DNA of 64,000 nucleotides from Gnetum montanum. Lineage: Eukaryota > Plantae > Gnetophyta. The notes below the pieces were generated by a model. It saw only the letters and a list, made by a program, of their open reading frames with translations. It had not been told where the DNA came from and ran no database searches. The stretch covers positions 527,573 to 591,572 of the forward strand of contig MNCI01001925.1 of the NCBI GenBank assembly GCA_015680685.1, read 5' to 3'. A program made the position numbers and the translations under genes. Positions 13,512-27,150 of this stretch are shown here, piece after piece; within the stretch, counting starts at the first letter, position 1, and each line of letters opens with the position of its first letter.

Positions 13512-13700
13512 AATTAGAACACAAGATTGAGAATTGCAGCTGGAGTAGCAATAGAAATTGAGCATCTACACGATAAGACAAGCCCACATGTTATATATAT
13601 CGTGATCTAAAATGGCCTACAGGAACAAGCCACAACGCAACCTCTTATGAGGGATGTTGTGATAGCACTTGGTTACTTATCTTCTCAAACATATGATTCT
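13512..13700 (+). pseudogene. Captured fragments of a PBS1/PBL-type (RLCK-VII) protein kinase
   Basis: N*NTRLRIAAGVAIEIEHLHDKTSPHVIY(fs)RDLK resembles [33 protein letters not shown]. It is joined to LQEQATTQPLMRDVVIALGYLSSQTYD, resembling [27 protein letters not shown]. Confidence 0.82.
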
Positions 13701-14749
13701 CTATTTCGATCATCCCTTAACATTAAACCCACTTTTTCAAGTCAGAATGCAAAGATGGAGAGAAAATTAACTGCCAGAATAGACAATCATCAAGTGTCTA
13801 AAATGGAGCAAATTAATGCCAAGGATTTTAAACAACCCTCATTATTGGAGGATTCCAGAAAAATTGAAACGCAATGTTTTGGACGTGATGGTTCTGGGGA
13901 AATAATGGTTTTGGAGGACATGGAGAATAATTCAGAATAAAAAACACATGGATGATGTCATTGTTAAGGAAAATTTTGTATTGTATGCTTTTGAGGAAAC
14001 TGATCAGGAGAAGGTTGATACACTAGTGCACCTACTAAATCTTCTCTTAACACTTTGGCCTACAACGGACTTCTGCGATTAAAAGCCAACAAAAAAATAA
14101 TTACATAAGCATCATTTTCTTTCAAGGATTCTACTGGGAAAATATTTAGTTTCCAAATTGAGGAGGTCTTCAACTAATTCAGAAACCCTGCAATTGGACT
14201 GTATCAATTTACTAATTTATCATGGGGAAGAAAGGTGCTCGAGGAGTACGGCAGAGGTGGTGCACTTCCAAGGTTCCACTCTCTGAGCCTTGATTTTTGC
14301 CATCATTTGTGGAAACTACTAAGTTTGGGGATGCTTGTTTTGAGGCTTCCATGGGCTTCTTTTATGCATGGATTCATTTAGGAAGAACAGACACTCCAGA
14401 ACAGCAGCCTGCCCCTTAATGCCTGCTCTATCTTGCATCTACTGATCTTACCATCACTGAGTCAACCAATGCTCCTATTGGATGGGCTACACTGCCAATC
14501 ATCACCATGAATCATGGAATCCTCAAGCTTAAAAAGGAAAAATCTGCAAAAATAGCTAAAAATCAGGAAAAGGAAGCCATTGGGGCAAATCTTGGCCGTC
14601 AATGGCCACCACAAGGGGTACAACTGTCTCTCCTTGTAAAACCCTACACAGGAGCGCTAGGGAATTTTTCATTTTTTATTTGAGTTGCAAAAGAGGCAGT
14701 GGCAGTGGTCAGGTAGCAACGAACAACTGATGATCCAAAATTCCACACA

Positions 14750-14858
14750 GACGCAGCCCTAGGACACCAAAGATGTCGGCGCCATCACTGGCCTCAACAT
14801 CATGCACATCAACAACAAACCGACCATGGTAGCAATCGTGTATGGGCTAGGAAAGAAG
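14750..14858 (+). pseudogene. Captured HSP70 ATPase-domain fragment
   Basis: [31 protein letters not shown] versus the HSP70 consensus [31 protein letters not shown]. Confidence 0.85.
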
Positions 14859-16600
14859 ACCTCGGGCTAGTCCAAGGTAGAGTAGTGGTAGCAAAATGGA
14901 GGCTGAGCAATGGTGGAGGGTTTTGAAAATGTTGACGACAAATGGCGGAGAGTTACAAGTGATGAAGTGCAACTTTTTGGTCTACACACCTTACCACCAA
15001 GTACCAGAAAGGAGGGCATTCGCTACTACGCTCAGTGCAAGATGCACAAATATTACACACTCCATGATTACTATCTCTATTGCTATGATTCCAATAAAAT
15101 ATTTTATGATTTAAAAAGGAAAGGATAGTTATGGAATATTTTTGTAACATCCTATAAAAGGAGACATTTGGCTATTATTCCTATGGAAGTTGTAACTTTC
15201 TATTATAGTTACAACTATAATATTTATAATTAATTTTAATTTGGATTGCCATGAAGACACTTGTCAACTATAGCCTTTTTTATCTCTATGGTGGTTACAA
15301 CCATCCAAGATTTTTTATAACTTACCTAACTTGTTGGGCAAGTAACCTCCTAATTGGTTGGCCAAGTTACTTGGGAGAGAAGTTAGGTACGGTATTTTTG
15401 AATATGTAACTTACCTAACTACCTTCGAACCCTATAAAAAGGCTTCAAGGATCAAGGGGGAAGGGGTCTCATATGATCATCAATTGGGGTCTCATACATC
15501 ACACTTTTGAGAAGACATTGGGATCACACTTGTGCTCTCACTTGGAGACACTTTGAGTCTTGGGCGAAGAGCATTATAAAGAAGAAATTGTGATTGCTTG
15601 ATGACTTGCTAAAGAAAAGATTTCAGCCTCTTTGTCATGGTCCTATGAGTTATGTTTTATTTTTGTTTTGTTTAAATTGTTTAGCTAGTGGTTTAGATAG
15701 TATCATCCTTGGCAAGTAATTTTGGGATTTTAAATTGCTCTTATTATTCTTGTTTCCCGATAGAAAATTTCTGTTAAAATTTTGCCATAGAAGCGCTTGT
15801 GTTTAAAAGCCTTAAGAGAATTTTAGTATTAAATTTTGTTATTATGCAATGTATATAAACCGCTATTGGAATTTTTGTAAGAGAGCCTCTGCTTGTAGTC
15901 ATGCCGTTGAACAATTCAGTAGTCAAGAGGGTTCAGAAAATCTTTGGTATTTTGATAAGACTAGAATAGCTTCTTTTTATCTTTAAAGTGAATTTCTGTG
16001 GTATTTCAATCAGAAATTGTCAAGTCTTTCAAAGTTTTTGTTGAATGCAATTGTTGGCATCCATTATCTAGCCAAGATAGAGTCTTGTACGTGGTAGATT
16101 ACGTAGCAAATTTTTGGTAGCATAGTAGGATTGCCTTGAAGAATTGCTTATTTTAGCTTTGGAAGTTTGAACAATTCGTAGATATTGAATTTGGGATAGC
16201 TTTATTGCGAAGTGTTTACTCATGTCATTTTACCTTGTTGAAATATTTGAGGTCTACACAAATCTACTTTCTTTTCTTTTCTGTCTATTTCCATCGAATC
16301 TTGCTCTATTTCTAGTTTTCTTGTGGAACTATCTCTTTCTCTGGGGAAAATTAGGAGTAGATTTGCAGAGTTGTGCTCAAATGTTTTNAAATCTCTTTAA
16401 GATAAGTCATTTGTAGTTTACACACAATGCAATCATTTCATATTTCACAACTACATGCCGCAACAGCACACACACATACTTACATTAACTACTAAGTCTA
16501 TTTGGAGGTATCTGGGCCTTGGTGTTGCCAGAGACCAGCAAGCACCTAAATCCTATTCGAGGACACTCATTGGCGGTCGCGTCCCAAACAGTCACCAACA

Positions 16601-17552
16601 CATGTCTAAGGCAATGTTTGAGGACATGGTTCAAGTCATCTATGTGGTCATGAGATACTTTGGACTTAACTACTATGTCATCAATGTAGTCACTAACAAA
16701 TTCTAATAGATAGTTACTAAAGATGTATTTCATTGCATGTTGATATGTTGCTCCTACATTCTTTAGTCGAAAGGGCATCATTGTATAGTAAAATGTACCT
16801 GAGGGGGTTATGAAAGTAGTGCTAGGATGATGCTCTAGGTTGATCTGAATTTGGTTGTATCTCAAGAACCCATCCATGAAGGACAACAAGGCATGACTGG
16901 CCATAGTATCAATGAGTTCATCAATACTAGGAAATGGGAAATCATCTTTAATGGTCACCTTGTTTAAGTCCTAGAAGTCTATGCAAATGAATATACTTTA
17001 GTTTTTCTTGGGAACAACTACAATGTTCAAAACCCAATCAGTGTATTCAGCTACCCAGATGAAACCAACTTTGTAAGGCTTGGTGATCTCATCATGGATG
17101 GGCAATGCAACCTCAAGCTTAACTTTACAAGATTTTTGTTTAACTAGTTTAACATGTGGATCTAGGATAATGTTATGCTATATTATACATGGGTCTAAAA
17201 TTGGCATGTCCTTGTAGAACCATGCAAATGCCTTGACATTTATACTAAGAACTTTAGAGATGCTTTATTGGGTTTGAGGATTTAATAAGAAACTAAGTTT
17301 CAATGTTTTTACCTCACTTTTACATGTTATTATAGAGACTTCTATGAATGGATCCTCGATCATGTCACCTACTTCTACGTCTAGAGCTCCAGCTAGATGT
17401 TCTAGCCAATCTAGCCATGTCTCTAGGGATGCTATGTTGGTATCATAGGTAAGAAATTGGAAGTCCAAAATTTTTGTATTTATGCATCTCATGAGTTTTC
17501 CATAAAGTATAGTTAAGACTAAGGGCAAATTAAGACTCTCATATGCATTCAT
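16601..17552 (-). pseudogene. pol: pol of element B, leader and reverse transcriptase
   Basis: ORF 16485..16958 has FPFPSIDELID, SFMDGF-YNQI, MPFRLKN-GATYQ and YIDD. ORF 17265..17552 is the pol leader. Confidence 0.9.
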
Positions 17553-18849
17553 TTTTCAAGAGATCCTACAAAATAACTAGGGAAATGTCAAGCATCACCT
17601 ATTTTCATAAAGCAAAATGCATAGTAAGTGAATTGCATGGAATAAGGAAGATAATGATATGAAAACTTGATTAACTATGAAATATGTAAAAAAATTTGTC
17701 TATATATATATATATTTCTTTTCTATAGCCTTTATTGACCATGAAATTGCTAGTTTAAGGTCATAACAGACCATAGACTATGCGTGGGATGTAAGCCTAA
17801 GTAAAGCTTGAAAGGTTTGAAACGTGGAACCGAGTTAAACATTTATCAGGTAGCAAAAAAAATGTTTAAAAAAATATCTTTTCTAAGTGTAGGAAGTTGA
17901 AAAAGTTAGAAAATGTTTCTAACTTTGGGTGTTATGCTATGTGGAACACAAGATGTTCCATGTTATGCATGGGACATGGGACATCCTAGGAGGGTGACAT
18001 GTCACTTGACCCTAAATGGTATAAATAGAAGTTTCACCAATGGTAGACCTATCATTTTCACCATTAGAGCCAATAGTCATCTAAGCATAGCATAGCCAAG
18101 GTAGAGTGTACCGGCCACAGATGAAAGCTAAAGCATGAAAATAGGAAAGCTAGAGCATAGCTGCTGAAGATGGCATATAGGAGTGAACATAGACACTTGG
18201 GCAAGCGTACCTTGTGACATCTTCCTAGGGCATGCCTTGAGGAACACCAAGAGACACTATCTACTATGAAGGCCATCACACTACACTCATGATGTTTTTA
18301 TTCCTTTCTTTCCTTCATACATGTCTAGGCTTTGGATTTTTTAGGGTTTTGGTTTCTTGAAAGAAAGCCTGTCATGGGAAAGGACCATCACTGCCATGGC
18401 CAAGGAGGGAGTGCACACTGTGCATTTCTTTTCACTTTTTTTTTTGCCCATTTTCCTTTTGTTTTGGCATCAAGGATTTGTGGGCATCATATGCCATGAT
18501 GCTAGGCAAGGGTTTCAACAAGGGTTTCTATGCATCTAGCGCTATGGGATGGGACTAGGATGTTTGTAGCATCCCACACTATAGGATGGAACAAGGGTTT
18601 TATATGTATCACAAGAATAGCACGCCTTGAGGGTTTTGGCCACTCTAGATTTCACATCATGGAACAAGGGTTTCCTACATGTCCCATACCATGGGATGGG
18701 GTAGGATTTTCTACATGTCCCACATTGTGGGATAGGAAAAGGGTTTCATGGATATCCCCCACCATGGTGCAAGACATGGGCTTTTCGTGTCTTGTGTCAC
18801 AAGACAAGAGTTAGCCAAGGTGGTCAAAGGTCATGTATGTCATTCTTGG

Positions 18850-19225
18850 GTACCCTTGAGAGTGTGACAAAAGGCTAGAAAAAATTTTGGCACCACTACA
18901 TTACACACATGGGAAATTTTGCAAGTTTTGCAATTGTCACACAACTTGTGAGCGTGACCAATACTTGAAAATTTTTTTGTAAATTTTTGCCAATAACTCT
19001 ACAGTTTTCACGCTCTCTAGAAGCATGACCAACACTTAGAAAAATTTTCAAATTTTTGGTAGCTGTTCCACAGTTGTCACACTCCCTAGGAGCATGACAA
19101 ACACTTTGAAAAATTTTCATTGGAAAGAATCACGCTCTACGAGGAGGGTGACTAATGGTTAGAAAATTTTTGAGTTTGCAACCATCATGCTCAACATAGA
19201 GCATGACCAATAGTTAGAAGATTTG
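18850..19225. repeat. Degenerate ~65-70 bp tandem repeats in the 5' region of the antisense gene of B
   Basis: Recurrent gagc[a/g]tgaccaa.acttagaaaaattttc motif, about 6 times. Confidence 0.6.
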
Positions 19226-19472
19226 TGATATTTTATTTAATATTATGATATTTAGGAAACATGTATGTATTAGTGTTGTGCCCCATTTGGAACTAGGCAT
19301 TTTAGATGGTGGTGCCAACATCCCTTCCCTACGGGGCTTGGGGAAAAGTTAGTTATGTTGCATGTAATAAACTATTTTTTCCTTTTCTCTTATTTTATGC
19401 ATCATTTATCTATTACATTTTTTTTGTTACCTTTATCTAATACTAATGCTTTCATTACTGTGGCATTGTAAG

Positions 19473-22400
19473 ATCCTACTAATACCTGCTCTCATTGTGG
19501 TTGAACTGGTGGGATCCTATGTTGTATGAGTGATCTTGTGACAAATGTTCCCACATCACATGCATGCATAGGATACCAAGTGGTTTGGCTTTCGGAGAAT
19601 GCACAAGAATTCTTAAAATTCCTACTTTGCCACTTCAAGGTGATCATATGGTCATACTTATTAGCTAAAGCAGTAGGTGTCCTAGTTGAGATGTTGTTTC
19701 CTAGGGCAAAACGAGGCATCTTGAAATTCATGTCAGATGAACCTACTAAAGGTGAAGGGATAAGTAGCTAGAGCTAGCACCCAAAAGGCCGTAGGTTGTT
19801 GTCTTGGATTTGGGAGATTCCCAAATTAAAATGCTACCATAAATATAATACTGTATTCCTTTCTTGTCATGTTCACATGACCTTCTAGAACCCACTTGGG
19901 ATGGTTTACTATGTTGGAGGGTGAGCCCTATTGTGATTTCTTATTTTTCTCTTTCTCTTTTTTAACACTATCTATTGTCTCATGACTTAGGATGCTTACT
20001 TCCTTTTTTCCCTATTGCCAAATTTTTTGATGATGAAAATAGCCTCCACAATGGAGAGGGGATATTAGCCCTAGTCTAAATAGCCCTATAAAAGTTCTCA
20101 TCTACTAAGAACATGCATGCTAGATTTATAGGGAAAATTGGGGTAGATAAAATGAATTACCCTAGTAGGTACTCCAAATCCTATGTGAAGTGCTAGGATC
20201 TTGGATGGTTGGATATTGAGTGGGCATTCTAGATTCCAAGTGTAGAAAAGGTTTCAATACCACTACTATTGTTCTACACATCATTTGTGCCATGTAAGTT
20301 GTATCATCCATTTACTTTCATGTAGTTTTAATTTTATATTTTCATCATGTTACTAATTCTAGTTTTGTTTATTGTAGTCGCAACTAAGTCCGAGGACGTC
20401 ATAGTGGTTGTCTTAGGATGCACTGAGGCCAATCTTCTTTTCAAGTATGGTGAGGTTGATGGTTCACAGCTTTGGCTATGACACGAGGCTCTAGCAACAG
20501 TAATCCAAAATCTTCAATGGGTTGGGCTCATGGACCTTTTCTTAGCCATGAACCCAAACATTTTGATAGCAGAGATGATTGCCCTAGTTGACTTTTTCAT
20601 CGAGGGTGTCAAACATTTCTACACACAAATTCACAATGTGTGGGTGGTCTTTGAGATTACGGATGAACTCTTTTAAGATCTCTTTGGCATCCCCTGTAAA
20701 GGTCTACTAGTAGGTGAGAAAAGAAATGAGGAGTTAAACCATAGAGGGGACATTGAAGAGTGGCTGGGCACTGAGAAAGGCCACAAGGGTATACATATGA
20801 AAAAAGTGAAATTGTTGGTGGCCCAACACCTGTATCCCTTCTTTCGGGCGTGTGCATTTCCTAAGCTACTTTCTCAAGGAAAGGTCCTTGGGGTGGAGTA
20901 GGCTTGGGTTATGAGAGATCTGATAAAGGAAGAGACATAGTATAACTAGGCCAAATATCTTGTTGATGGCCTATGAGTTGAAATTATCAAACTATGTAGC
21001 AACCTCAAGGCATGATCTCATGTACATTTTGCATTCTTCATAGAGTGCCTGTGAAGGTTTGTAGAATTCCTAGTGGTTCATGAGGATGGCCAATGAATGA
21101 TGTAAGATCACAACCAAATTTCCAAGCCATGGATCCACCATTTGTTATATACGACATAGTCACAAGACCCGTAGAGGCTATTGGTGAGTCATTTTCAGTG
21201 ACCACCAAGGACCACACAGGGCCATCCTACTATGTGCATGATAGTGCTAGAGAGGCTCCTCCTACAAACACAAGCAATGTAACAAGGGGGGATCAAATCA
21301 TCATTGAAATGGTAAGGTCAAAAATGTAGATCAAGAAGCCTCACCCCATGGAGGAGCTAGTGTGCAAAGTTGAGGAAAGGGGCAAGAAGCTACTCTTTAG
21401 ACTTAACAAAGCATGATTAGAAGTAGCTAGTAAGTATTATTATATATATATTTCTTACTCTCTTTTTCTTATCTAATATTCTAATTTAGATTTGTGTGAC
21501 ATAGGCAAGAAGGTCCCTATAGTAGAAGAGAAGGCCTTAGAGGATGATGTCCCTCAACTCGAGGGACACATGGTAGACAAGGATGCCACTAAATTTTTGA
21601 GGTAGCATGAAGAAGAGGGGTTGCAATTTAAGAATAGTGATTTTGATCATTTTTTTGAAGGCATGTAGATGGGCAATTCCTCCATTCTCACCCCTAATGG
21701 TTTGCTATGTATGAGCTTTTCATTTCCATCTTCATTATGCTTTTCCTCTCCCTCTTTTCCTTTTTTTATTTTATTTTTTGTTTTTATGACCTTGAAATGC
21801 TTTATATTATAGTGGGCAATGCTTTTGTTGAGTGTCCTGAATCTACATCCACTTTCCACTCACAACTGTGGGTAAAAACTCTAAACAAGTTTGCCTTCAT
21901 GCAAGGAATAATGGATGACATGATCAATCTCCTAAATTAGATACATCCTAAGATAGGTGTGTTTTTATATTATTATTATTATTTTGATTTTTTTGCTTTG
22001 TATTATAACTAATGTTTCACCTCTTGGTATAATAGGCTCATGAATTAAATGGGACCCAAGGAAAGTGATCTAGGTTGATATTGTACCTGAGTTCCCTCCT
22101 AAGGTAAAATAGGTGCCTCATTCTATATATGACGAGGTAAGAAAGTGTGCACTACACTCCACACAATGGTTGTGGTAGTGTAGGTGCATGAATGAGAAGC
22201 TCTAGAAATAAGTGCAAGAGCTCTGGGAATAGAAGGAAATCCAAGAAGCCCAACTGGAAGATTTTTAGTCATAGTATGAATTCATGGTGGACTGAAACAA
22301 ATTGGATATCAACTGGTGTATGGTTGTGATTGACTACACTAGATACTAGTTTTCTGTTAGGGGCAAGAACAAGGCTACTTATGAGGTTATTGAGTAGTGC

Positions 22401-23030
22401 TTGCAGATGGACCTCTTAGCTCAAAAGAAATAAGATTGGAAAGACTACAGTGATAAAGTATATGAATGGGGAAAGACTAAGAGAAACCACAAGTATCATT
22501 ACAAGATGGAATGTGTAGCTTATTTTAAGAAGTACCAGGATGAGTCTATAGAGCACCGATGTCAAGACATATTCCTTGATGCCATCGATGTGATGTAGGC
22601 TTACAAAATGTTCATGAACTATTTGCTGGTTAGTGTGTCCCTAGAGCGAGAGATCACTATTTGTTTTGGAGAGGTTACATCTGCCAAATTTTTGCCAAGG
22701 CTACCTATATGGATAGCCATGGAGAAAAGGAAGAACCTTGCAAGCATTGATTTGGGAGATGAGGATTGGACACACATGTCAAACAAGAAGATCCTTCGAC
22801 ACCTAGTGGCTAGCCTTAACAGGATGTCCCTAGATATGGATGCAAGCCCATATCAAGTCATTTTAACTTACTTTATTATTTTCTATAAGATTTCACATGT
22901 TATCCCACTTATTGACTAGTCTATTTTTTCCTTTTTTCATTATGTAGGATCTAGGTGAAGATGTAGAACCAAATAGAGTAGCAGATAAAGATGGAGGGGA
23001 AGAGCCTTAGCTTCCCATCATTAATGAAAA
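19473..23030 (+). pseudogene. Antisense multi-exon accessory gene of element B
   Basis: FCP1-like exon 19473-19920 (VVWLSENAQEFLKFLLCHFKVIIWS), PMD-like exon 20378-21429 (YN*AKYLVDGL) and coiled-coil exon 22037-22856 (MDLLAQKK). Intron positions match copies A and X. Confidence 0.75.
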
Positions 23031-23209
23031 TTTAAAAATTTGAGATGTAACCCTATTTTTGGAAAATTTTATGTCTTTTGATGTGGATGTAATCCTGGAC
23101 TATGTATTTTATTTATGATTTAATGAAAAGCACGATATTTATTGATCTCTTGTGGTATCATATTAGCTTATAGTTTAGTTGATCTCACTTTGGACTTTTG
23201 TTGATGTAA

Positions 23210-23360
23210 ATAGGCCCTTTATGGGCCCCAAGCTAGTTTAAGGCCATTTCAAGCCATCAATAGTTCAAGGCCATTCTAGGCCATCATGTAAAAGGAAGTC
23301 AGTTGCTAGTTTTAGGCCTTGCTAGGCTATGCAATAATTTAAGGTCATTTCAGGCCCTTC
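23210..23360. repeat. Short GGCC-core repeats after the protease stop (element B)
   Basis: tagtttaaggccatttc-type units homologous to 6112-6757. Confidence 0.65.
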
Positions 23361-23501
23361 CTATTTTTGTTATTTTTTATTAATTTTTTAGTAGCTAAAA
23401 AAATTGTAACTAATGCAAGAAGAAAACATAATGCAAATTGGAACTACATAAACAATGGGACAAGAGATAGGTTGGGTTACTAAATAAAATAGGGACATGC
23501 C

Positions 23502-26500
23502 CTAATCGCGCAGATGTTTCCTAACCTGATGTAGGTTAAGTGGTGAATAAGGCTTGGAGGGCACTAGAATGTACTTCCCTAGCCCATCATCTACCTCTAG
23601 AAAGGGAAATTCTACCCATAAAGCTTCCAAATGGAGGTCAATCATTTTATTCGGCTGCTTGGCTAAACAACATTGACTTTCATTGCAAATAGGTGGTGTG
23701 TCTTCAGAGATTTCTACCTCTAACCCCTATTCAATGTCTACATTGTTGGTGGTTTGAGGGGCTATGTTGTTAGCAAAGTTGACCACTTCCCCACCCTTCT
23801 AAGGTAACTAGATCTTTTTGTTGATTTCTGAAGAAATAGCCTATAGCTGGGCTAACTAGGACCTCCCTAAGATTAGGTTAAATCTAGGCATCTCTTCAAT
23901 CATGATAAATTCTACATTAGTGGGGAATTGCTTCCCTACCATGAAATCAATCATGACTATCCCCTTGATAACCATACATGTTCCATTGAAGGATTTTAAA
24001 TAGGTTGTTATTGTTGGCCTGGTTTCATCCACCAGGCCAAGCTTATCGACAATGGGGAATGGGATAATTTTGGTTTCTACGTTGTCATATACATGCACCC
24101 TATGAATTTTTTACTAACCCACATGAATTGTTATGAACATGGGTGTGGTGGTTACTTGAACTTTCTTAGGGTTAGCTTTGATCACTTTAGCACAAAAGGT
24201 CAAGAATGTTGACCTTGTTTCTTTGGTTGTAGGCAAGAGCATTATGACATGGATAGCCTTTTCCTCTCCTGGCATGTCTTCCTTAATAGAAATGGATGCC
24301 AACATGTGAACCAAAGCCTCACAATGCACATGGGAGGTCATAATTAGATCATATAGGCTCAAAGTTGTATTCCTTTTTTTTAGAGCCTGCTTGACCTATG
24401 TGAGTGCATCTAGAAGATCTTTTCCACCAGTAGGTTGTTTAGTGGTCTTTATCTCTTCCATGCATCTTAAGAGACAGATCTCTTAAGGAGGAGACTTGGT
24501 TTTTGGTTGAGCAGTGGACCTTTGAGCCTCAATGCTTGCTTATTAACTGTGCATGACTTAGACGATGAGGCCATAGGAATAGTTGAAAAGGGGGTAGGAT
24601 TAGGGGGACCTAGATATATGTGTTCCCTAGCCATCTTGTCAACTAGATGCTCATCACATCTCCTCAAGTGGGCAGGTCCTGATGTAGTCCCCATCACTAG
24701 ACCTTGGGTAGATGGTGGATCCATATATTTTGACATCCTTATGGAAAAAGGTGTCTGGGTTGTTATTGCTACAACATGATATGGGGCCCTAACCATGAAG
24801 GATGTCACAGGTGCCTAAGGTGATGCCTTGAGGACAAAGGAGGCCTGTGGCCTAGTTGACGTTGAGGCCCCAACATCATCGAAGGGCACACAGACCATAA
24901 ATGGATCATGTGTTGGCTCTGCATCATCATCAATTCTAATAGCATTACTAATATACCCTACACTACTAGTGTTTAATGGGTCTTTATAGACTTTCATAAA
25001 CTAGTTCACTGACTGGACAAGATTACTTTCATCAAGGACTAGCTTGCCTTGATCGATCATGCATTGGATATCATCCTTCAATGCTAGCTAGTAACCCATG
25101 TTGTGGCCATGAAATTAATGGTAGTTGTAGAATCAGTCTAGTCTAAACTTTTTGGGTACTAGAGGCTCATTGGGAATAGCCATATAAGGGTTTTGGAGGA
25201 CCTCATAGTATCTCTCATGGCACTTGCAAGCATCCTTCAACATTTTCTTGTGTTGAATGCACCTAGCACTTAGAAAATTGATCTAAAAGCTTTGATGGCT
25301 TGATTGGAAAATGGGTGTATTTTGAGTTATCCTTGTAGTTAAAGTTTGTTTGCCTTACTGTCACTAAGGATGTAGGTTGGTTGGTTCCCGCATTGTCAGA
25401 ACTTAATGTTTTATTGTTGTTGGCTAAGGCCTTAGATGCCTTAGTTGCTTACTTGTTGTTTCTGGGCTTCACATTATTAGCCACAACCACCACAATGGTT
25501 TTCGTGTCTTTTCCCTTTTCTTTGTCTTTCTTTGCATGCTCATATTTGTAGGCTATGTAAGTTGAGTCCTTGTTCGCCTTTGCCATGTCCTATATGCTCT
25601 TTGTTTGAGAAAAATCCTGGCTAAGGGAATGCAAAGATAAATATTATAGCTTCAATTTAATGAAATCATTTACTACATTCTTAGAAATGGCTAATACATG
25701 GGTTTTAGTGATTGGATCATGAATCTCATTTAGGGAGGTGCTCCAACATTGTATGAATTTTTGCACTAGCTCTAACACTCCTTGCTTAACATCCATGAAT
25801 TGGTCTAGCATGGCTTTCAGCTTCAAGTTGTACTTCAAGAAAGTTATGAATTATCTTAGCAACTCCTCCAGAGTTGAAATGGATGCTTGAGGAAGCACAG
25901 GATACCAATCTAGAGCTTTGCCAGTCAAATCCATGGAAAATACATGGATAATTGCATGCAACCATGCTTGCAGTACTAAGCACTCAAAATAGAAAGTGAC
26001 TAAGTAAGCATTCGGGTCACCCTCACTATTATATTTTGTGAACTAGGGAAGTTGGACCTTAGGAAGTAGTGTCAGAAAAAGGACTATAGGGCTGATGGGG
26101 TCATCTTGGTAAAAGTCCATTATGTGGACCATGTGTGAGTTGGCTGCTTTAAGCTACCTGACCTTTTCTATGAGAGTTTGGATAAGATAGAATGATTAGT
26201 CTAGGCTCAGGGATGTTGTAGAGGATTGCATCGATTATACCATTTGTGGTACTCTCAAACTGATCCATAGCCCTGTAGTGGGTTATGCCATCACATGTGA
26301 TGGTTGGTATGTTTTCTACTACATGTACTACAACACATGGGATAATTGAAAAATGGGTAAAGGTATTGCTGCCCACCATATAGTTGAGGTTGGAGCTGTT
26401 GGTGGTGGGATTGATATGATTGGGGTAATGGAAATGTAACTCATTTGTGCCTACAATATGGGCATGGTGTGCACATATGGCAGTGTTGGTGTCACAAATG

Positions 26501-27150
26501 CTAGCTACAAAGGTTGAATAGACTATGCAAAAATAAAAAAAGAAAAGGAGGAAGAATGACCTACACTCTATTATGTAGCAAGACCTAGTGGCTAGCCACC
26601 ACCAACAAGGTTTTAGGCTGTGGAAGCATCACAGCTACCTCAAAGAAGGAAAAAGACTATGATTGGTGTGGTAGGAATACATAGGTAGACTATGGGGTTG
26701 AGACATAGAGCAGGATGCCACCATTGGAATGGGATTCAAACTCCTCCTACCTATCCTATAGAGATTCATCATAGTTGAATGTCGAGTCCTACTCTTTTGG
26801 CCCATTCATTTGGATATCTTTATCCAAAATCCATTTGAAAGTTTTATTGAGTGGTATAACCGCGCCAGGGGTGGGAAGGAACTCCCTTTCATTCCAATTG
26901 ATAATTTCCAAACTGTGCTTTTCTTTCATTTCCTAGCGGTCCAATGGTAGGCCTGCCTAAATCTTTGTACACAAAAAGTTGTATCATTCATGATCAACTA
27001 TCTTGTGTTCTAGTGATTGGTGCCACAATCTATGAGACTACTATTGTGGTTACACTAGGCTAGGCAATTTCTTGACATCTACCATGTGTTGAATGGGGTG
27101 AGCAGCCTCCAAGCTCAAGGTGGAAAATAAGGTGTTAACTAGGTTCATTT
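23502..27150 (-). pseudogene. gag: gag-protease of element B
   Basis: KYNSEGDPNAYLVTF, KYNLKLKAMLDQ and protease FNLILGRS; collinear with the other gag-PR copies. Confidence 0.85.

Larger units (their letters stand above)
13482..16600 (+). mobile_element. W1: ~3.1 kb solo-LTR-like element with captured host gene fragments
   Basis: Termini TGTTGG...CCAACA and a perfect 5-bp TSD CATGT (13477-13481 / 16601-16605). It splits the RT of B (CLRH|DLRLNPKK). The 3' ~1.3 kb is nearly identical to 36030-37175. Confidence 0.88.
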
